Shown here one piece after another: positions 54,149-64,000 of a DNA stretch of 64,000 nucleotides. The notes under the pieces were generated by a model. The model was given only the letters and a program-made list of their open reading frames with translations, made no database searches and was not told the origin of the DNA. This stretch comes from Bugula neritina (taxonomy: Eukaryota > Animalia > Bryozoa), in contig OZ037771.1 of the NCBI GenBank assembly GCA_964035545.1, positions 755,628 through 819,627 of the forward strand, in the 5' to 3' direction. The translations under genes and the position numbers were made by a program. Numbering within the stretch: position 1 is the first letter of the stretch; each line of letters begins with the position of its first letter.

Positions 54149-57100
54149 ATGTCTTCTGACGATATGATAACAGAACACACTGGCCCCAACCAAGTTGTTC
54201 ACACCAGACAGGATTCAACAAAGGAGTTAGATATGTTATTTCATTCATCTCTTCAGAACTCGGATGGAAGTCAGTCTAGTTGGCTCAATAAGAAACTGCC
54301 AGAGTCATTTTATAAACCAATGGTTCGGTCTCATAGTAGAGAAAGTGGTATAGATGGTCCACAGCTACCTGAACAACAGTCACAACCAGGACCTACATTT
54401 ACAAGGTATCCTAATCATAAAAGACAAACATCTGCCCCAGAACTTATGGTGGGCTCTAATAGAAGAGGTACACCAAACCCAACACATCACCGGACTCAGT
54501 CGCAAGGTTTAGAAGTCATATTAGATGAACGGGCTAATATCGAACACATACCCTTGCCAGCTGGGTGGGAGGTTGCATATACCCCTGATGGAAAGCGTTA
54601 CTTTATAGAGTAAGTATACAAATTCGAGTAGCTAAAAACTGTCCTATTTTATAGTAATATAATATATTGAGTCAGGACTAATACTAATTGAGTAATAGTA
54701 ATACTAATACTAATACTAATAGGTTGGATTATGACTAAAATACACACTAAGTCTAACACAGTGAAACTGAAAGGAAATCTGAGGGCGAATTGCGTCATGA
54801 GTTGAAACTGATAGCGGATAAGCTAATCATTATGAATATGATAATGAATACACCGAGTTAAAAATAAAAGTTTGGATTCTCTTAGCTATTGAAGTGAAAA
54901 TGACTCGACTATCACTGTGATAGTTAATCACTTGATTCGTAAGAATACAAATGTTTTCCTTATAGTTATGTTTATTAGATTAGAAGGTTAAACTTTATTA
55001 CATACGATATTGGACAAGCAAGAAGCTAGTAGTGGTAGCACCAGTTACTAACTCTAAAACTATTCCTACTTATTAGTTATTGTCATTGTTATGCTGACAA
55101 GTTCTAAGTTCTGGTGAATGAGTGAAAGTGGAGTGATGTGATTGAGCTTGGCTCAGTGCCTGGGTTACCTAATACTGATTTTTAATGACTTGACTCTGGG
55201 TGTGTGTTAGTCACTTAGAAACTGCTTCTATATGTCACCCATTTGGCAGTTAATAAACAGTTTATAAACACGTGACTGGGCATGCTGCCTTAATATTTTG
55301 TTGGAGTAAAAGCTACAAAACTTGAACGAAGTTTCTACATAATAGAGAATTCAATTCCAAGAAATAAGCTGACAACTGCTGTAGTCCTAATAACCTCTCT
55401 CACTCAATTCAACAGTTGCAGTCATGCAGATGCAGTACATGTACAATTATGAGGGTGGTGAGTTGTAATCCATACCCTTGCTGGCTGCCACCATATGACG
55501 CCATCAGGTCAGACTAGACATGTGCTAGCAGTACACGCTTGTTATATAAAGGTCAATCGTGATGCTTTCCTCATACAAACTACTGATGATGTTATCCTAC
55601 CCCTAGTCGACAGGTTTTCATGAATTAACTTGAATTGGGTTGAGCAGTTTGAGCAGAGCCGAGCTGTTCCTATTAGTAGACCAGCTAAAACCAACCAGCC
55701 AAAACCGGGATATCAAGTGCACACTGGAGCCTCATATATCATTGCCTGTATATTATACTTTCATTTGTTGGTTTTTTGTGAATAATTTTTGTGCTTGCCT
55801 GGTGCATGTTTGGGTTAGTGTCAATCTTATCTGTTTGATGGGGGTTTAAGTTACAGTATCAAGTAGATAGATGTGACCGCCCTGTACTGAAGTACTGGCA
55901 GACGTATAAGTGAAACCTCCACACGCCAAGCTTGACTTGCTGGATTACATGTTGTAGCAACACTTAATCTTGTCTCTTTTATTACAATAAGAAGCTGCTA
56001 GTTTCTTGTGCTGTAAAACTGAACCGTTGTATTTGGTTATATTTGGTGGGAGTACTGGGAACTATTAGTTTTCCAGTTACTAACTATTGACTGCTCAATA
56101 ATAACAAACTAGGTAAAGCTGCTTTGTTGGAATCAACAATAAGAAGGTCTTATGTAAAGACTGGGACTTCCGGGCAAGTCAAACTTGTAATTGTTTAGCT
56201 AAATAATACAAGACAATATACTGTGTAACCAGCCAATTGTCTTATTGTTTGTCTCACCAAATGTTTGTGACTTGGTGGTAAAAACATAGCCTAGCAAGGT
56301 TAATGAGCACTTTCCATTAGTTAGGTTCTCACCACTGCAATATACTATAAAATTTCTATTTATTTCCCTGGCAAACTAATTCGGGTAACTTGTATATAAT
56401 TAGTTAGATGTCTTAATTATTCTCCGTTATTATTGGTATATTAAGGACTACGTATGAACTACTTTTTCTATGCAGTCATAACTCTCACACCACTGCCTGG
56501 GTTGACCCAAGGAAACAGTATATCAATACGATTCGTGCCCAACCCCAGCCGCCGCACCACCTGCCCATGACCCTTGGCGAGATCATCAACTCCCCCCTGC
56601 CCCAGGGCTGGGACAGGGCTGTGGGGGGAAACAATGAAGTCTATTTTATCGACCATCAAAATAAGAAGACCTCTTGGTATGATCCTCGAATTCGTAAGTG
56701 GCTATTTCACTATCTCTTCATGATTCATACTTCTTAGGTCTTCTATGCTTTTACTAGTTACTCTACTGCTAGTTATAGTCACTCATACTCTACGCTGCCA
56801 GTTTATTTATACTCTGGTCTATTCTTGTATCCCAATGATGTTTTTAGTATATATAGTTTATGTTTATATATAAACACAGTTGGTAGCATAGTGAACATTG
56901 AACTTTGGTAATAGTATACATTACTGTACAATATATACTACTGTATATCACTGTATATTACCGTATACTAACATATAATACGTATTACAGTATATTATCG
57001 TATACTAACATATAATACGTATTACAGCTCAGCACTTCCAAGTGCCAGGTGGTCGACTCAAACCAGGTGTTAATCCCAACCAGTTTCTCCCTCAGCAGGC

Positions 57101-59554
57101 TATGGGGGGACAGAGTCCAGTCATGTCTCAGGGTAGCCCGGGGATACCCCCAGGGCACCCCATGTCCCCCATGGGGGGTCATCAGAGGATGCCCTCAAAT
57201 GAAGGGCTAGCTGGTGGACCTCCAGCCCACCATCAGAGTATGTGCTTTATATATCCCACCTTTATATTCTGTGCTCTCTACTATGTCTCTCCATCTCCTC
57301 ACACATTGCCTTGTTCTGCATATAATATATAGTAGTTATACATTTCATAGAACTTTCCACTTGTTTCCTGCAAGTCTTGGATGTGTTTTGTTCCAGGAAT
57401 GTCCTCTGGAGGCAGCGCTGACCTGAGCAACTCGAGAATGTCACCGGCCGCTGACTTCAGACAGATCCAGATGCAGGAGGAGCTGATGAGACAGGTGAGG
57501 GTAGCAGACGTGACTCGACTTCATTGCTGCAGATTGCTGCAGTGAATTCACTGAGTACTGGTTGAGGCTAGTGACACAGCTTCTGCCTAATTTCCTAGCT
57601 TATCAGGCCACAGAACTCTGATGTAGATAATCCCCTGGCAGTAACGTGACAAATGGCAGTCAGTATATCAAGTGTTGTCACATATACATGTACACTGACT
57701 GGCAGTGATGTATGCCCTGCCTCTACGTCCCTCTCTCCCGTCCCTCTCTCCCACTATAGTGGCTGACCACTGATACCGTAGCTGTATAAGTAGCCAGATT
57801 ATGCTTCTAATCATGAGTGATTGTACCTAGGTCTGCCGCTATCTCTGTACACACCACACTTTGTTGGCCCCGTTGTTGTAAGAATGTGACATGTATGTTA
57901 TTATCTCCCCTGTACGCTGACTCCATTCTGTTTAGAACATGGTGAGGCAGCAGCAAGCTATGTCCCCTGAAGGCATGGACATGCAGACCAGTCAGCATTC
58001 ACCCGGTGACCCTTTCATAGGCAGCAGCGGCAACACTTTTTCGGCAGGAAATGAGAGTAACTCGAGTACTCTTCATACCAAGCAGGAGTCGGTGGACTCG
58101 GGGCTCGGTGGAATGGGCAACACCTTCAGTCTGGCTCGAACTCCCGGTGAAGACTTCATGGAGGAAACAATGGATGACGGTGAGTAGACTGACATCTCAC
58201 CTTATTATACGGGGTGTGGGGGGTGTGCTATGTGCAGCCCTAACAGTGCAGTTCCACCTTGACCTTTCAACTATAGCAGCTAGTCACCCAGTGTTGGTTT
58301 CCTGTGAGGTTACCTCAAGGCTTAGTGGTTCGTAGTCTCTCCCTAAACTATTCACTCTGTACTATTCACTCTGTGTACTATTCACTCTCTGTACTATTCA
58401 CTCTGTGTACTATTCACTCTGTACTATTCACTCCCTGTACTATTCACTCTCTGTACTATTCACTCTCTGTACTATTCACTCTCTGTACTATTCACTCTGT
58501 ACTATTCACTCTATACTATTCACTCTCTGTCCTATTCACTCTCTGTACTATTCACTCCCTAAACTATTCACTCACTATACTATTCACTCTCTGTACTATT
58601 CACTCCCTGTACTATTCACTCCCTGTACTAGTCACTCACTATACTATTCACTCCCTATGCTATTCACTCCCTAAGCTAGTTAATGGTTGGCCTCATTCAT
58701 TTCATCTACAAGTCATAAACTAGCTCACTGCTTGCAGTAACATGGCTTGGTGGCAAATGGCAATGTAATAAATGTAGCAATGTGGTTGGTAGCTGTGTGC
58801 ACATGTCGTTCCAAATGGTCTTCTTTCAAGTAAATACTCCTCTCCTCCTCCTCTCCTCTCCCCCCTCCCCTCCTCTCCCCTCCCCACTGTCATCAACTAG
58901 AGCAAGCCTGCCACTCACTCTACTATAAGAGCTCAGCCATCATCTTGTGTCACATTTTCTGCCTGTCAAACTACGCTTCAACTGTCATTTCCTTGTCACG
59001 TTCATCCATCCACAGCTGAGATCTCATTTAGTACACTGTTTCACTGCTCAGTATAATTGCAGCCTCTCTTTCAACAACATTTCTGCTCAATATTCAAATT
59101 TTAATTTCATTTTAGCTTTCTTTATCAATGAATTGGATTTCCTTTGAAATAAGTAGATGTGAGGTTACATTGTAGACAGAAGCCAATTTTGGTCAACCAA
59201 AATTTACCAGCTGATTGCCTTTGACATCAACACACATGCCTTCACTACCTGTACAGCTTTCTATTGTCACTATTCACTAACTAGTATTTTACTAACATTA
59301 GTACTAGTAGTAGTACTATTAGTACTACTAGTACTGCTAGTGCTACTACTAGTACTACTACTAGTACTTCTACTACCACCACCACCACCACTACACTAGT
59401 AATATTAACACTACTGTCAAAACCATCACTGGTCTACTTCTGTTTTAGTAACTAGTTCCCAGATTTCTAATCACTTTGAATACTAACCAAAAGCTGACTT
59501 TTCACTAATCTTTATCTGCAATAAACTACTACTACTACTACCACTACTACCACC

Positions 59555-59621
<67 letters not shown>

Positions 59622-62420
59622 TTACTACCACTACTACTGCTACCACTACTACTACTACCACTGCTACTACCGCTGCTGCTACTACCACTACTACTACTAC
59701 TACTACCGCTACTACTACTACTATTACTACTACTATTACTACTACTATTACTACCACTACTACTACTGCTACTACCGCTGCTACTACCACTGCTACTACT
59801 ACTACTACTATTACTACTACTACTACTACTACTACTATTACTACCACTACTACTACCACTACTACTACCACTGCTACTACTAGTACTACTACTACTGCCA
59901 CTGCTACTACTACTACCACTACTACTACTACCACTACTACCACTACTACTGCTACCATAATCACTACTGTGACAAGCAGCACTATAAGGGTCACCAGTTC
60001 ATCTATATCATCTCATGCAGTTAAACACCACATGTGAGCTCCCATGAAAACCAGCTCATATGTTGATAGCTCACAGCCAACACTACGAGGGAGGATATCA
60101 AATTGACACTTCTAAAACTTGAATCCTGGTCATTTTTATTGCTGAGGGGGCACTTGATGAAATCAGCTGAAGAAAATAACATTTTTCAATTATTTTCTTG
60201 TAGGCCAAAAGATGCACATAAACGGTGTGCACAGTGGTGGTGGCCACGCCCATTTCAGTCACATGAATAGCAGCAATAATAATAACATGGAGTCTACAGA
60301 TGACGAGCTCTTGCCTAGCCTTCCGGTATGCTAGTGTCTTTCTGCCTGCTAATACTTTCCCTGCACTTGTGTGCTGTGTGTCTTTCTCTGGTTAGATCTT
60401 ATTCTCTTTCCTTTCATCTTCTGTCAGTCTCTCCTCCCCTCTCTCCCCTCTCTTTCCACCCCTGCCCCCTCTTTCCACCCCTGCCTATCACACCAGGATG
60501 TTGGTTGTTTTCAGTAACACATGTTGGCCAGTACTTGCCTCACTTGTTTAGTGGGCGACACCAACTAGTATCATCCTGAACTGTTCCTATACCTGGTACC
60601 AGTTTCAATGCAGCAGCTGCACCAGTTTCAATTAATCTTTCTGTTGAGTTTAAGTTGTCAATAGGAATTACAGTAGTAATATCGATAGGATGGCGGATAG
60701 TAGATTGCTTTTATAAGGTTGCTTTCTCTTTATTGAACTGCTAAGATTTCATCACCAGCTCCTTAGATTCAAGATGAATCTAGCAGAACCACTTTCTGTG
60801 TGCAGCCATTATAATATGAGCAGCTCAGTAGGTTCCTGTTTGCTAGGAATTAATGCTTCATTACTGGTGATTAATGCTAGTTTCTCCATGAGCTTATAGT
60901 TAGTCACTAGTAGGACTCTACAGTATTCAACTGTTAGTACTATTAGTCACTAGTAGGACTCTGCAGTATTCAACTGTTAGTACTACTAGTCACTAGTAGG
61001 ACTCTGCAGTATTCAACTGTTAGTACTACTAGTCACTAGTAGGACTCTGCAGTATTTAACTGTTGGTACTACTAGTCACTAGTAGGACTCTGCAGTATTC
61101 AACTGTTAGTACTACTAGTCACTAGTAGGACTCTGCAGTATTTAACTGTTAGTACTTTTAGCCACTAGTAGGACTCTGCAGTATTCAACTGTTAGTACTA
61201 TTAGTCACTAGTAGGACTCTGCAGTATTCAACTGTTAGTACTACTAGTCACTAGTAGGACTCTGCAGTATTTAACTGTTAGTACTATTAGTCACTAGTAG
61301 GACTCTGCAGTATTTAACTGTTAGTACTATTAGTCACTAGTAGGACTCTGCAGTACTCAACTGTTGGTACCAGTTTAAATGTCTGCCTAGTAATGTGACA
61401 TGGTAACTTATCCTATGAGTTAGAAATTGAATGAAGTTGTCTGCTCCCTGTAGCAACTGCTTTCAAAATCATAAGCTCAGAATTCAAACTAACTTGATGA
61501 GAAACTAGCAGCTAGCAGCTGGCATCCACTAGGACTACAAGGCACTGGGGAGGCAATATAAGTGGACTTTAACCTTGTAGACTGCAACTGTATAAAGCAG
61601 TGTTTGTTTTACCTGTTTTCTTAGACATGGCTTATAACTGAGGCAAATGAGAGCAGTAAATTAGCTACAGCTACCACTGCCTTGTTCAGCTAGTGCTATA
61701 TATGTTAGTTATATAAGTAACACAGCTACACTACTATGCACTATTTAACTATTTATACACTATTTATACATTTCACTCTGTACTCATTCATACTCTGTAC
61801 TCACTGGCAGTCTAGATGTAGTAGTCACTAGTAACTCTGTACTCACTGGCAGTCTAGGTGTAGTTTCTCCACTAGCTGCAGTTACTCAACTTCTCATTTG
61901 GATCAGGGAGGGCTTTTGTTAGCTGTTTAAGCATAGAGTAGCTTGAGTTTCTTCAGCTTTTAATACTAAAACTCTATAACCTAAGGCTTTTTCTTTCATC
62001 TGACAAGCTTAGCTGGGTTTACCTGCAATAATACCTGCAACTACCTGTAATAATACCTGCCAGTACCTGTCACTACCTACAATACTGCCCTCTTTCTCTC
62101 AACACCTGGTGTCACCTACTCCACCTCTCAGTCCATCTACCTAAAAGTCGCATCTCTAAAGAATGTTGAGAAGATCTCAACTTCAGTGCATGAAATTTTG
62201 TGATAATTTTAAAATACTTGTTTTTCATATTTCCTTGACAATTCATTTATAGTTCTGCTATTGAATGTTGGTAGACTGATATTCAGTCCTCATTGAATGT
62301 AGCCCATGTTGGTAGACTGACATTCAGTCCTATTCTGTTCTCTAATTGTAGACAGAGCAGCTTAACCCAGACATACTAAATGAAGTGCTGAATTCGAAAG
62401 TAGATCTGACGTGGTTATGA
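54149..62420 (+). CDS. YAP1: Transcriptional coactivator YAP/Yorkie (~473 aa, 7 coding exons)
   Basis: Exons 54149-54609, 56476-56693, 57028-57237, 57397-57494, 57936-58179, 60204-60325, 62352-62420. TEAD-binding region QVVHTRQDS..ELDMLF...KKLPESFYKP; 14-3-3 site HKRQTSAP; two WW domains (PLPAGWEV..YFIDH..TAWVDPR and PLPQGWD..YFIDH..TSWYDPR); degron-like ESVDSGLG; C-terminal PDZ-binding motif LTWL*. Confidence 0.96.
58345..58672. repeat. Minisatellite, 16-18-nt unit, in a YAP intron
   Basis: TACTATTCACTCTCTG. Confidence 0.92.
59300..59960. repeat. (CTA)n / (CCA)n trinucleotide tracts in a YAP intron
   Basis: Direct inspection; main block 59525-59955. Confidence 0.92.
60901..61370. repeat. 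Minisatellite, 43-nt unit, ~11 copies, in the last YAP intron
   Basis: TAGTCACTAGTAGGACTCTGCAGTATTCAACTGTTAGTACTA(C/T). Confidence 0.95.
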
Positions 62421-64000
62421 TAACTCCACCAGCAATCCTACTATACACTATACTATAGTATACTATACAGTATACTATACTATAGTATACTATACACCAT
62501 ACTATACTATAGTATACTGTCTAAAATATTGTGGTGTTAACAGTTTAGCTGCAGTGTGTAAAAATTATACTTAAACTTTATGATTATATAATAGCTAAAT
62601 CTTAGTTGGACTATTTAGCAGTTGTGGCCCCCTGCTGCAAGCTCACTACCTATGCATATTAACACTCAAACTGCTATCGGTGCTTTCTGCAAAATCACAT
62701 TTTCTTGAGCCTAGATGCTGTAGTAAACATAAAATCTGCCACTGCTCTCAGCATGTTTATTACAAGGTACAAAGGCTATTGGTTTTCATGTGCATACTTA
62801 TTATTTAGCTTGGTTTCTTAACCAAAACCTTTTATACGGTTTGGGTTTGTATGCTTTTGGTGATCTCTACTATATTTATCATAAACATATTGCTATTTTA
62901 TATACATAAATCAAATTTCAAATTTTATATTATAAATACATCATTTAGATTCATTCTCCTAAGTCCTAATTATAGCTAATAGTCGTATCATTTTATAGTA
63001 TTACTAATGCATATATAGAAGTTGCTTTCTCATGTGGCTACACATTCAGGCCATCAGTTGAGTCAATTACCTGCCTCACTGTCTCATCATATATTTTACC
63101 TCTTGCTGCCATTATTACTAGCATTGTTAGTGTAAGTTAGTAATCAAAATTTTAATACCACTAGACTACACTTGATTTTTGTATGTTTTTTACTAATAAT
63201 GGGTATATGAAATATAACTACATTGAATATATCATACTCTACGCGGGTTATTCTGATCTACATTAGATATATCATACTATACGTGGGTTATTCTGATCTA
63301 CATTAGATATATCATAGTATGGAATAGTTAACTAGCAGAATTAGATGTAATGAATTGTCATATGAAATCATGAAATATATATTATACACTCATAAACCAA
63401 TTGTACAGTTCTGGCAATACAAATATTAATAATAGTGTACCACAAAAAGCAGCATTTTTAATATCATACAAAAATATATAAGGTGCACATAATGTTGTAA
63501 AGTGATAAACGTGTTATGTTACAGGTAAGTAGGTAGACTGATTATGGCATAGGTTTGGAGAGAGCATAACTCCTGGGTTGCCAAAATTAGTTATATTGAT
63601 ATTGCATTGAGAATAATAGAGTTTAATTATGCAGGCTATCAACACATTGAGTTTCAACACCAAACAGCTATAACTGCAGGTGTATATTGCATATAAAGGA
63701 GTTAAAGAGTATTTATATTTACAGTTGGTTAGTAATATATAAGCTTATCCAATAGTCTTTGGGCAGCACAGGTGCTATAGTAAGTTTTGTTTCCAGCAGG
63801 AACTTAAATACTGTTTACTTTGAGTAGATTCCCTGAGCAGCTGTGCAGTTACACTGATAAATGCTGAGATTCTATCACAGCTATGCATAGAGCAATCACA
63901 ATTCACCTTTCTTGCTTATAACCAATCAGAATTTGACTCTTTTGCAGCCAAATATGAGAGGCGAAGAGTTAGGATGGTGGCTTAAGTGTACCGTGCTATT

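Overview
AT-rich, intron-rich animal genomic DNA, probably a marine lophotrochozoan invertebrate (the species cannot be determined from sequence alone). Most long ORFs in the supplied track are artefacts of intronic minisatellites; the real genes are spliced, and I rebuilt them by hand using GT-AG boundaries and reading phase. From left to right: (1) the 5' end of a D-amino-acid/D-aspartate oxidase (-); (2-4) three intact tandem six-exon paralogues of PEMT/Opi3-type phospholipid N-methyltransferase (-), all with unusual His substitutions in the conserved core; (5) an orphan Ig-superfamily type I membrane receptor with a ~300-aa cytoplasmic tail (+); (6) phosphorylase kinase alpha subunit, 27 coding exons (-); (7) a WSCD-family Golgi sulfotransferase lacking WSC domains, with a degenerate PAPS loop (-); (8) MRPL22 (+); (9) an uncharacterised multi-exon gene (-); (10) YAP/Yorkie (+). 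Non-coding features are a Kolobok-like MITE with TTAA target-site duplication, a tRNA-derived SINE, two long palindromes, about 25 tandem repeats (many anchored on or duplicating splice sites), and degenerate ACT/AAT/AGT tracts that follow putative first exons. The best candidate for an undescribed system is the divergent PEMT triplet.
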